DNA of 63,708 bases, counting the filler, from Octopus bimaculoides (Eukaryota): NCBI RefSeq assembly GCF_001194135.2. It is 6 parts of 6 records of this genome, joined end to end, with 100 filler letters (N's around TTAATTAATTAA, not from the genome) between each part and the next. Parts side by side here need not be neighbours in the genome. Positions count along the whole stretch, not along the records: positions 10,311 to 22,155 come from NC_069002.1; positions 22,256 to 42,963 come from NC_068991.1; 4 more parts are not named here. The stretch is one strand, 5' to 3'. Of the stretch, positions 13,170-25,702 are shown in pieces. Both the position numbers and the translations under genes were made by a program. The number at the start of each line of letters is the position of its first letter. Position 1 is the stretch's first letter. The notes under the pieces are model-generated. The model searched no databases and was not told the origin of the DNA. It saw nothing but the letters and a program-made list of their open reading frames with translations.

Positions 13170-13600
13170 ATCTAGTATATATAAATCGCAATATGCGTGT
13201 GTATAATGATTAACGCATACATTAACACAATTCTCAACCGATTTTCACCAAACTTTATACACGCATCACTTATATCCTACGGATGATCATGCGCTATAGC
13301 ATTTTGCCCAGAGTTCCTGCATAAACAGACGTAAATGGACATAGATTTGTGTATTTAGGGTCTTCCATACCATTTAATTTTTTTATATAAGCGAAAGGAT
13401 TTTGTCTATTTGTTTATTTATTTCGACTGTCATCTGCGGCGGTAACTAAATTGACTACGAACACTGAACGCATACATTTCCACAATACTCAACCAATTTT
13501 AACCAAACTTTATACACACATTACTTGCACTATAACATTTTTACCCAGAGCTCCAGCGTAAATGGACGTAGTTTTTGTATGTAGGGTCTTCCATACTTTT
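13170..13600 (+). mobile_element. Helitron/HINE-like non-autonomous element with an internal ~130-170 bp direct duplication
   Basis: Starts TCTAGTATATATAAA followed by a TG-rich tract. Block CGCATACATT..CTCAACC.ATTTT.ACCAAACTTTATACAC..GGGTCTTCCATAC occurs at 13214-13375 and 13470-13597. No clear 3' hairpin seen. Confidence 0.4.
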
Positions 13601-13604
13601 TAAA

Positions 13605-13755
13605 TCTGTGTCACGCTGAATCTCCCCGAGAACTACATTAAGTGTACACGTGTCTGTGGAGTGCTCAGCCACTTGCGCATTAATTTCACGAGCAGGTTGT
13701 TCCGTTGATCAGATCAACTGGAACCCTCGTCGTCGTAACCGACGGAGTGCCACAA
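13605..13755 (+). mobile_element. SINE 3' module, family D (decayed copies at 6845-6990 and 48365-48630)
   Basis: ACACGTGTCTGTGGA motif shared with 48529-48545, plus downstream similarity (CTCGTCGTCGTAACCGACGG vs TTCGTCGTGGCAAACGACCG). Confidence 0.6.
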
Positions 13756-13951
13756 TATATATATGCAATTTAAACGTATTTCTATAAAGCTGCTGCGTAT
13801 TGCTTTCTCTACCGCCTACCCTTGTCTACGGAACGATAATTTCGTAAGTAAAATTTTATTCTCGTATTTATTGAGTGTTTGAAATTTGGTTTTGAATCCT
13901 CTTAAATATAATCCATTTAGCAATCTCTTAGTGAAATTAACAAATTAAGTC

Positions 13952-14160
13952 GGTGAGCTGACAGAATCTTTAGTACGCCGGGTAAAAATGTTCACTGCCA
14001 TTTCATTTCACTTTACTCTCTGCGTTCAAATCCCGCTGTGGTCGATTTTTGCCTGTCATTCTTTCGTGGTCGATAAATAAATACTAGCTGAATGTTAGCG
14101 TCGATGTTTTCAACTATACTCCTTCCCTGAATTTACTGACCTTGTACCAAGATTTGAAAT
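13952..14160 (+). mobile_element. tRNA-derived SINE, family A
   Basis: Same head, B-box and tail as 6058-6250. Confidence 0.75.
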
Positions 14161-16079
14161 CAATAAAATTAACAATTTATATTTTTGTTTTGTTACACAG
14201 TGTAACACGATTTTTGTCCTTGGTTAGCAAGTGTTATTTCCTATTAATCTGGAAAGATTAAAGGCAAAGTTCAGCTTGTTGTAATGCGAACTCAGCATGT
14301 GAAGAGACGAATATTACAGTACAAGATTTCTACACTACGCTCTGACCTCACTGTTAAATCACCACCACTGAAAAAAAAATGTCGTTGTGTTTGGTCAATC
14401 TTTATACTTTAAAGTTCAGAAGTGATTGTTATTTTAAATATGAATCAGTAATAGCCACAGGTATAAATTTCAATTAGTGTTGTGTAGAAGAAAATGGCGT
14501 TAACATGTACTTTATAAATGGCGGAAATAGGTGATATATCATTGCTTTTACTTCTCGGGCAGATGAACTCTCTGTCATTAATCATTATATATAAATTAAC
14601 TCCTGAAAGCTGGAAGTTTTTGATCTTTGGAAGTGAATAGGCAGGTAGAATTGTTATGGATATGCAATATTTCATTGCTGGAATTTGACCGATAAAACCG
14701 TTCGTTAAATCCATGCTACTGTAGCAGGATCTAACGAAAGACAAAAGCTGATATAATAATCCAAATTTGTACGTTGACAAGAGGTTGTTGGAGCACTGAT
14801 CAAATGTATATTTATCGTCGATCCAGCAGTTAGATATGGAAGACAAATTTATCTCCAGTCACTCATATACAAAAAAATAAATGGCTGAAATATCATCATT
14901 AGTTTGCATTGCGTAGTCTGTCATATCCTGTTGTAAAATTAAACAGTGAAACATTAGCTACATATCCAGGAGAGAAGTTATTTATTTCGCATCTGTGTTA
15001 AGAAAAGACACAAGTGATAATATTATGCTGGACATGTTGTCTATTGCTAAACAATAGTTGGAATAATCAAAGATCTTTTTTGACCATAATTTTGATTCAG
15101 GTGAAGTGGTCCTGAAGAACAACTAATAATGATCTAGTGCCACTGGATGTCACAAATTGTAAGAAGAATAAGCAATTCTTTGATCGAAACTGTTTCGCAT
15201 TTCTTTAATCAATCAAATCATCAAAAACGTTTTAAATTGTTGATTTGTCTCTTCTCGATCATTTTGGTGTTGTTACTGTTGATGTTGTTGCTGTTGTTGC
15301 TGCTGCTGCTGTTGTTGTTATTATAGTTACTATGAAGCCCCTAGTTAAACCTAACTGACTAGATCTATAATCAAAATTGCATTTCAGCTTTAACGTCGTT
15401 CTTTTTCTCTTGGACACTGGGCATTGGGCATTTAGGACAACCTTATCCGATGTCAACGTTATCATTTTCAAAATCCAAAACTATTTCACAATTCTACCAG
15501 GTCCTTTCACCACAGAGTGTTGTTTGTCAGATTCTGATTCTACACTGTTATTATGGTAAGCATTTAACTTACACAGATTCCATCATAGTCTCTTTCTTTC
15601 CATGTTTTTATCAGCATAAACTTTAGAACAAATTTACTCAAAAACTAAATCGTACTACAGAAAATCACGAACAAAACTTAATTGCAATTTACAATAGAAA
15701 GTTAACAGCACTCCTTTCTTTTTATCTGTCTTTATATCTTTCTCTGTCTTTTACTGAATTTTTACTGTTATTTTTTTTTTGTAATATTTTTCTGTTATTG
15801 TTTTCGTTTCTTACATTATTTTTATTTATTATTTACTTACCGTTAATGTTATTCTCATTCATTCTTTCGATCACCCCACCGCCGCATTGTTCTACTAGGA
15901 CACGAATTATATCGATGAATGTTGAAACAAACAGTAGTCATACAATTGGTGAGATATACTGATAGTTACTTACGTCATACATACGTAGTATTAGTCTCAC
16001 GAGTATGTGTGCTCGTAAGAATACACTTATACACACATATACATACATACGTATATACATACATAAATATATATATACA

Positions 16080-16115
<36 letters not shown>

Positions 16116-16959
16116 NNNNNNNNNNNNNNNNNNNNNNNNNNNNNNNNNNNNNNNNNNNNNNNNNNNNNNNNNNNNNNNNNNNNNNNNNNNNNNNNNNNNN
16201 NNNNNNNNNNNNNNNNNNNNNNNNNNNNNNNNNNNNNNNNNNNNNNNNNNNNNNNNNNNNNNNNNNNNNNNNNNNNNNNNNNNNNNNNNNNNNNNNNNNN
16301 NNNNNNNNNNNNNNNNNNNNNNNNNNNNNNNNNNNNNNNNNNNNNNNNNNNNNNNNNNNNNNNNNNNNNNNNNNNNNNNNNNNNNNNNNNNNNNNNNNNN
16401 NNNNNNNNNNNNNNNNNNNNNNNNNNNNNNNNNNNNNNNNNNNNNNNNNNNNNNNNNNNNNNNNNNNNNNNNNNNNNNNNNNNNNNNNNNNNNNNNNNNN
16501 NNNNNNNCGTTACATCTCGCACAAGAAAATGTTTTCTAAGTTTCGTTAACGTAATTATCTAAACTCCACACGGATATGGCGTTTGTCGTATAATTTACAC
16601 AGTTTGGTAAGCAAGAAACATAGTCTCAAAAATGAAATCAATTCGTTTATTTTTATTTTTATTATTTTTTTTTACTGCTAAAATTCTTTATCGCTAAACT
16701 TACGTAAGCAATGACGTCAGTCAAATCGTTTCCGTACAAAATTCTAAGATTTTTTTCTTTATGGAAGAACAGAAAAAAAAAATAGATGAAAGGATATTTT
16801 GGATAGTAACACAAAAGACTAGACCACCAGTGCCACTGACTACAAGCACTACAACAAAACAAAGACAGGTGACTGTATGTGGTCCCTTGGAAAAAAAAAT
16901 ATAGAAATGACAATAGAATCTTTATTAAATCAAATCCAACATATCAGAGTTTATGGAAC

Positions 16960-17132
16960 GGCCGTTTCCTTGCCGATACAACTTGGCATCAGTGACGTTG
17001 CAACTCATTTCTACAGCTGAGTTAACTGAAGCAACGTGAAATAAAGTGTCTTGCTCAAGAACACAACACGCAGGCCGGTGAGGGAGTCGAACTCACAACC
17101 TCACGATCGTAAGCCCAACGCTCTAACCACTG
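16960..17132 (-). mobile_element. tRNA-derived SINE with a CORE-like central segment
   Basis: Minus strand reads AGTGGTTAGAGCG..GAGTTCGACTCC (A and B boxes), then CTTGAGCAAGACACTTTATTTCAC..CTCAGCTGTAGAAATGAG. Confidence 0.7.
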
Positions 17133-17577
17133 TGTATATGTGCGTGTGNNNNNNNNNNNNNNNNNNNNNNNNNNNNNNNNNNNNNNNNNNNNNNNNNNNN
17201 NNNNNNNNNNNNNNNNNNNNNNNNNNNNNNNNNNNNNNNNNNNNNNNNNNNNNNNNNNNNNNNNNNNNNNNNNNNNNNNNNNNNNNNNNNNNNNNNNNNN
17301 NNNNNNNNNNNNNNNNNNNNNNNNNNNNNNNNNNNNNNNNNNNNNNNNNNNNNNNNNNNNNNNNNNNNNNNNNNNNNNNNNNNNNNNNNNNATATATATA
17401 TATGTATATATGTATATATGTATATATGTATATATGTATGTGTATATGTATGTTTGTATGGATGGATGGATGCATGGATGCATGGATGTATGTACGTATG
17501 TATGCATGTATGTCTTCATGTCTGCATGTATGTATGTATGTATGTATGTATAGATAGATAGATAGATAGATAGATAC

Positions 17578-17608
<31 letters not shown>

Positions 17609-18142
17609 TTATTTACATAAACTAGATATAAAGTAATGGAATCGAATCCAGGAAAACTACTATCAGAAATAGGCCAACCACTTAACTGCCACTAGATAAA
17701 GAGTAAAACTTTAAAACAACAAAATGACACACGTCAATCGCAAACGATCTCTGCAAGTGTTAGAAAGCTGGAGTGAAGAAAACTTGTAAGTTAGAAACTG
17801 TGAATGAGAAAACAAAATGATATTTGAAATGATATTTGAAATCAACCAATGAAAACAAAGTAATAGACCAAAGGCCCCACACTTAGATATGTATAAAACG
17901 ATTACGACAACTATTAGAAAAACATAATTCTTCTTTACTGAAGATGGCAAGGTCGCGATTAGTGAGTTAAATAAACAATATGTTCTGTTGACAAAGTAGA
18001 ACCTTTTTAACAAGTGTATTAAAGTTTATGTATGAGCGTATGTGTGCGCGTTAGTCTGTGAGTAGGTGAGACAGTGAGTGAGTGAGTGAGTGAGTGAGTG
18101 AATGAGTGAGTGAGTGAGTAAGAGAGATAAATAGAGAGAGAG

Positions 18143-18180
<38 letters not shown>

Positions 18181-19141
18181 TGGGTGTTTATGCATATGTG
18201 AACAAATATATTTTTACACATTCATATATGTGCAAAAAGTGCCCTTGCTCACGCAATCTTACTCACACAGGCATACATATATAAGTTAAATAGATAGAGA
18301 TCCGGCTGCTGGAAACTTAAGAAGTCACTTTTGGCTCATGTGGATTACAGGAGACGGATTAAACTGTTCGTGATGAGGGCATTGTGTGGTGCCATTATTA
18401 ACAACAAATGGTGGTGTGTCCTCAAAAGATCCATAAAATATGAGTCTATTAGGTATAGCAAAGAGTTAGTGGCTAAGAAAAATAGAGTAGAAAGGGATTT
18501 AACTTGGTCCCTAGACGAAGCACTGTAATCTGGGGTCGATTCCTTGGACTAAAATCCTTGAAGGTTGTGCTCCAGTATGACCGCAGTCAAATGACTGAAA
18601 CATGCAAAGAATAAGTAATAAAACAAATATAAAAAAAAATATCTGTGTGTGTTTGCATGTATGCTTGTGTGTATGTATGTATGTATGTATGTATGTATTT
18701 ACGTATGAGATCCATTCCTGAATATTTCAGACTCTTTCAGGAGAGACATTAATTTCAAAAAAGCATGGCCGCTATTCAATGTCTCGCACAAATAAAAGAT
18801 AAGAGATTAAAGACAACAAATGTTCAATATTTATAGTTATGTCTTAAGAAATGTTTTAACACAGCCTATCGACATACTGAGCGCCAATGCTCTCTTTAAA
18901 CAATCAAGTCGTTAAACATTTCAAAAGTTTCTTTTGTCGCTCGATTTGTAGAAGGGAAGAGTACGCAGAATGCTTGCATTTTACACACGTATCTGAGTAG
19001 AGGTATACTTTAAATCATAATGAAGATTTGTGAATTACACACGGAATAGAGAGAAAGGTAACAGGAGAATTATTACGATTCGACAGAATGTTGAACAGGG
19101 TGGATAGGAGCAAAAGTAAGCGAAAAGAAGAATGAATGCGC

Positions 19142-19208
<67 letters not shown>

Positions 19209-19667
19209 ACAGACAGACAGAGAGAAAAGGGAGAGCGCCAAAGGAACTACGAATTAGTCGTTGTTTGGGTATTTGCTATGTGCTAAAATTGCTTAAAACG
19301 CTATCTACTTAGAATGTCCGTCACAGAAGTGAATATTTCATCGCTATCGTGACAGTTTCTAATCTGAGAATTATGATGTGAATTTATCTCACCAAATATT
19401 TGTGTGATTTTCTTTTTGTTGTTCAGGTAACAAATGTCAATTTAAAGTGAGAAAAGAGGTACATCACAATATCTTGAAATTATTTCGAATTATTTCTTCT
19501 TGGTTCCAATATTTCTAAATTTCTCTCCGTCAGGTTTATTTCCACAAATACGTTATTCATGTTATGTCTGCATGCAATAAATATATCGTTCTAAGTCTGA
19601 ATATACGTAGAAAAACAGAGATATAAATACATAACTACACATACACACACACACACACACATACACG

Positions 19668-19727
<60 letters not shown>

Positions 19728-21324
19728 CACACATACGCGCGCATATAGATAGATAGAACTATGGATAGATAGATAGATAGATAGATAGTAAGATAAATGG
19801 AGCGATAGATAGATTTCATATATACCTATATGTATGTGTATATGTGTGTGTGTGTGTGTATGANNNNNNNNNNNNNNNNNNNNNNNNNNNNNNNNNNNNN
19901 NNNNNNNNNNNNNNNNNNNNNNNNNNNNNNNNNNNNNNNNNNNNNNNNNNNNNNNNNNNNNNNNNNNNNNNNNNNNNNNNNNNNNNNNNNNNNNNNNNNN
20001 NNNNNNNNNNNNNNNNNNNNNNNNNNNNNNNNNNNNNNNNNNNNNNNNNNNNNNNNNNNNNNNNNNNNNNNNNNNNNNNNNNNNNNNNNNNNNNNNNNNN
20101 NNNNNNNNNNNNNNNNNNNNNNNNNNNNNNNNNNNNNNNNNNNNNNNNNNNNNNNNNNNNNNNNNNNNNNNNNNNNNNNNNNNNNNNNNNNNNNNNNNNN
20201 NNNNNNNNNNNNNNNNNNNNNNNNNNNNNNNNNNNNNNNNNNNNNNNNNNNNNNNNNNNNNNNNNNNNNNNNNNNNNNNNNNNNNNNNNNNNNNNNNNNN
20301 NNNNNNNNNNNNNNNNNNNNNNNNNNNNNNNNNNNNNNNNNNNNNNNNNNNNNNNNNNNNNNNNNNNNNNNNNNNNNNNNNNNNNNNNNNNNNNNNNNNN
20401 NNNNNNNNNNNNNNNNNNNNNNNNNNNNNNNNNNNNNNNNNNNNNNNNNNNNNNNNNNNNNNNNNNNNNNNNNNNNNNNNNNNNNNNNNNNNNNNNNNNN
20501 NNNNNNNNNNNNNNNNNNNNNNNNNNNNNNNNNNNNNNNNNNNNNNNNNNNNNNNNNNNNNNNNNNNNNNNNNNNNNNNNNNNNNNNNNNNNNNNNNNNN
20601 NNNNNNNNNNNNNNNNNNNNNNNNNNNNNNNNNNNNNNNNNNNNNNNNNNNNNNNNNNNNNNNNNNNNNNNNNNNNNNNNNNNNNNNNNNNNNNNNNNNN
20701 NNNNNNNNNNNNNNNNNNNNNNNNNNNNNNNNNNNNNNNNNNNNNNNNNNNNNNNNNNNNNNNNNNNNNNNNNNNNNNNNNNNNNNNNNGGCACTTTTAT
20801 GGTATTATGGACATACACACCTATTTATGTGATGTCTTATATACATATATATATATGAATAAAAAAAAATATAAAAAAGGGTTTTGTATGATCGTGTATA
20901 GAGGAATATATTATTTAAAAGAGTTCCAACTCCGTCTGCTTTTTATTTTTTATTTATATTCTTATAAAATTAATGTGGGCTATAGAATATGGAATATATA
21001 ATATAAGTAGTAAAATGAAATGAAGTATTGAATGTCTTATTGAATATATGAAATATTGAGTATAAAATATATAAGGACTTGAATACTTTCCTGCCTCATG
21101 GCAGTAATCAAGGTCCCGTCTGACATCTGTCCTCTCTCCTCTCCTTCTTCCTCTCTCTCTCGCGGTCTCTGTTTACCTCTCTCTTGCTGTCTTCTATTTC
21201 TAAAACTTTTTCTCTTAATGTGTGTGAGAAAATTTCCCTTCATGTTTATGAGAGGGAAAAGATTTAATGTCAATCGTATTCATTTAGATATATTTAACTT
21301 TAATCTGTCAATCCCTAACTCTCG

Positions 21325-21368
<44 letters not shown>

Positions 21369-22255
21369 GTTTCTCACTCTCTCTCTCACTCACTCACTCA
21401 CTCTCTCTCTCTCTATCTCCTCATTCTCTCTTCTTTCTATCTTTAAATGTATATTTCTTTGCCCGCGTAATGGTGTGTGTTTGCGTTGAGCTCCAGTGCC
21501 AAAATGTTCTGTCGCCAAAAACAGGTTGAATGTCCAGTCACCTATGCGATATCGTGTGCGGCGAAATAGCTGAGCGTAATTGACTCCTTCCGTTATCATC
21601 ACCACCATATTTCAGCAGGACAAACAGTTGCTACACATACCCCACTTGAACAGTCACTTCACATAGGTCTGGCTTGCCAAAAAGCACCCCAACCATGACC
21701 AACAACACATATATGCTAACAAACATCCCTATCTATCAGACAGACGTATGTCTCCGTCTATGAGTAGCAGGTAAAATTCGCTGAAAATGGGGATCAGTTT
21801 ATAGGCAGCACAAACTGCAAACTTTACACCTGAATTAAGGATCACCTGCACACACGGGATTTCTCACTTTAGCGGTACTGGGACCCCTTCACAGACTTCT
21901 CTGGCCACAGCTAATATTACCAACCCCAGTGTACCAGAATACCTATTGCAGTTGGCGACAAGCTAATTCAAGCTATGCCCTATGTATGTATGTATGTATG
22001 TATGTATGTATTTATAGATCGATAGATCGATAAAATGATTGACTGATACATTTCTTTTATTAGCCACACAGGGCTCAACGAAGATGGGACAAATACAATG
22101 TAGAGCTTTTCTTTTTGGGAGGGGGAAGGAAGGAAAAAAAAAAAAAAAAAAAAAANNNNNNNNNNNNNNNNNNNNNNNNNNNNNNNNNNNNNNNNNNNNT
22201 TAATTAATTAANNNNNNNNNNNNNNNNNNNNNNNNNNNNNNNNNNNNNNNNNNNN

Positions 22256-22286
<31 letters not shown>

Positions 22287-22299
22287 GGAGTAAGCACTT

Positions 22300-22470
22300 A
22301 AAATGTATGACAGATTCCTTTGAGTTTCCGTCTATCAAATTCACTCACGTGGCTTTGATCAACCTAAAGCTATAGTGAAAGACACTGGCCCAAGATTTCA
22401 CGCTGTGAGTGTGAAGCCAGAGCCATACGGTTCGGAAGGAACGTCTTACTACACAACCACGTCTACGCCA
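22300..22470 (-). mobile_element. SINE family B head module (similar copies at 45665-45830 on minus and 8385-8512 on plus)
   Basis: Similarity to 51720-51862. Confidence 0.65.
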
Positions 22471-24890
22471 CTTGAAGTGGTAAACCCAGCTAGCAAGAGC
22501 TATTTTTATCCTGCAGCTTAATTAATTAGCAACAAGAAATGAGAACTAAAAAATATTTGCTGAACTTTACACTGCAAAATAGACACGTTTGTTGTTAGTT
22601 TATAGTTCATCGAGCTGTAGCAGGGTTTGAAGTTTTAAATACTAAAATATGTTCAGAATGTTAATAAAATCACAGTATTCATTAGAGCCAAACTGTAAAT
22701 ATTTTGTCATGCATATTTAATTATTTCATATGATTTATGTTCTGTTAAGTAATTTTTCTCGGACATTAATTGATTGACATATGTGCACCACCAGATGATT
22801 TAATTTAGGCTTTGACTGATATAAAGTGTGTTTAACAGCGGTTACGTGTTGTCGGGCAACATTTAAGTTGTTACTTCCGCAATGCTCTCTCAAGCAATTA
22901 TATCAGTCAAGTCGTTCTTCTGCAGCACTGGAAATATTTCTTTACATATCCTGTTCATGTATGTTCTGTGTCTTGTGTATGCATGCACGTTGTGGGACCT
23001 AATTTCTTTACATTTTCCTTCATATCTGTATATTAATGTTTAATTATCAGATGTTCATCACGTGTTTATGCGTATTTTACAGTGTGCATTTGTTATTGTT
23101 GTCACTGTTGTTTCTTATCTTCATGTCTAACTTGGATAAACAGATTCATAGATCAAAAGTTCCAGTCGTGACCATCTCGTGATTTTTTGTGTGCCAAACT
23201 CTACATTGTGTGATATAAATTTCTTGTTATTTTTAGAGGGTCGAAGATAATTTGGCTGCTACTTCTAGCAAGTCGAAGTTATTTATCCTGTGTATCTGCA
23301 TAATTGTGTATGTATATGTGGGTATTTGTGGGTGGGTGTATGTTTGTGTGTGTTTGCGTGCATGTCATCATTTTTGTATATGAATTCCACATTGTCTCGA
23401 GTAAACCCCTAATTTTAGGCTATTAGATGGGGTTTAGAGGTGATTAGTCCCCTACTCTAATACTACCAACTCATAAGTCTCCTTTATATCTACGTATTTG
23501 TTAGTATTGTGATTGTTTTTGTCCTTGCTTCACTTCTTGCGTTAAGATATTTTTAAACTTCAGAAATTTGAAATCTTTTACGAGAAATTTATTTTTTGTT
23601 TCCCCCTTTTTTTTTATTTCAGTAAACGATAAAAGCGAAATTTAAAAAAAAAATTTTTTTAAACAGTAAGAAGACCATCAACAAGAATATTTTAGAGAGG
23701 AAGCCATTATTTTTTCACCTCGTTAAATCTTTCAATGATTGTTGTGATGTAGAATTCACGATTATGACCGAGTGGCAAACAAATCAATGTTTTAAGCCAT
23801 AAAATATTGTTATTAGCATTACATCTTGTCCACTAACATCATTTTTTTCTTTGCCAGCAATTTTTTGTTTATTTATTTTCTTCCTTTCTTGAAAATCTAT
23901 TATTTTATTTTAAAAAGTAATATTTTTATTGATTTTTGCGCACTTTCTTCTTCCCATTTACATGAATGTATTTTTTCTTTTCAGTCAACCGAATGACAAA
24001 AATATTAAAATGTTGAATAGAATGCCTTTTTACAGTCACATAAACCTGTTTATATTTCAAAGAAAATCTTAGACCAATAATTGTTTGACTTTTCTCTTCT
24101 TTGGGTTCATTTAATTCATTACTAGTGATTGTTGTCAATGTTGTTGTAGTGGCTTGGTTCTCGATCAGCTCTGATCAAGTAGACGCCTCTTTGAAGCATA
24201 CTTTTAATATATCTCTGGAAACACAAGTACATAACGTAAGAGTTAAGTTCTCGTCCTTTTTCTGTTCGTTGGCATTGTTGATGTTTTACTCTAATCAGGC
24301 GGACGTATGTTCAAAATTATTCAAGCCGTAATAATTTTGTCTCTTTCGATATGCATGGGAACTCAAGGCCATTTTATTCGATGTGCCAGTTTTGAAAACA
24401 GGAGTGATTTGAAGGGGATTTGATTGCTTATTATATATATATATATATATATATATNNNNNNNNNNNNNNNNNNNNNNNNNNNNNNNNNNNNNNNNNNNN
24501 NNNNNNNNNNNNNNNNNNNNNNNNNNNNNNNNNNNNNNNNNNNNNNNNNNNNNNNNNNNNNNNNNNNNNNNNNNNNNNNNNNNNNNNNNNNNNNNNNNNN
24601 NNNNNNNNNNNNNNNNNNNNNNNNNNNNNNNNNNNNNNNNNNNNNNNNNNNNNNNNNNNNNNNNNNNNNNNNNNNNNNNNNNNNNNNNNNNNNNNNNNNN
24701 NNNNNNNNNNNNNNNNNNNNNNNNNNNNNNNNNNNNNNNNNNNNNNNNNNNNNNNNNNNNNNNNNNNNNNNNNNNNNNNNNNNNNNNNNNNNNNNNNNNN
24801 NNNNNNNNNNNNNNNNNNNNNNNNNNNNNNNNNNNNNNNNNNNNNNNNNNNNNNNNNNNNNNNNNNNNNNNNNNNNNNNNNNNNNNNNNN

Positions 24891-25702
24891 CGTACAGGTA
24901 TGTGCATACCGACATCCACCTGTATGTATAGGTGCATATCTGGGTACAGGACATTGCAAACAAACGTAGACGAGAACACACGAGCCACATAGAGAACATT
25001 CTACTTCATCAGCTACCCACGTTTTAACACCGGCGTTTCGACGAGCTTCGGGCAGGACGCATCGTTAAAACGGCTCGTCCCATGGATCGCAGATTAAATT
25101 TGTATACGCAAATTAAATCTAGCCATGGAGGAATGTAGTGGCGGACAAAAAAGAAGACAGGAAAACAAACAGAAAAGGCTTTACGGCCAGACGAGAAAAA
25201 TGATGTGTGTATGAACGCGATGAAGAACGAACTTGAAAGGGACAAAGTGGTGCGTGCGTTGCTCGGCGAAGCCAAGGAAGGAAAGGATTATTGACCGGAA
25301 GCATGTGACCATGCCGGTGTAAAGGGAAGAGAGAGAGTGGTAGAGGGAGAAACAAAGGGAGGAAGTAGAAGAATAGGTGAGCAACAAGAGGAAAAGAGAA
25401 AGAGAAGAAATACGAGGTGGAAAAAAGAGATACGTAGTAGTAACAGAGGAAGAACGAGAGGGGTAAAGCGAGATACGTAGTGGTAAAGAGGAAGAACGAG
25501 AGGGGGAAAAAAGAAAGAGAAAGAGATAGAGTAGCGTCGGAGGATATGAGTTTACGAAAACTACTTACAGTTGGAAGACGCTGCGTTCAATCATGTAAAA
25601 ACAAATAGTAAATGAGTATATGCATATATACGTACAGGTATGTGCATACCGACATCCACCTGTATGTATAGATGCATATCTGGGTACAGGACATTGCAAA
25701 CA
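24891..25702. repeat. 72-bp direct repeat pair (24891-24962 and 25631-25702)
   Basis: CGTACAGGTATGTGCATACCGACATCCACC...GGACATTGCAAACA occurs twice with 1 mismatch. Confidence 0.9.
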
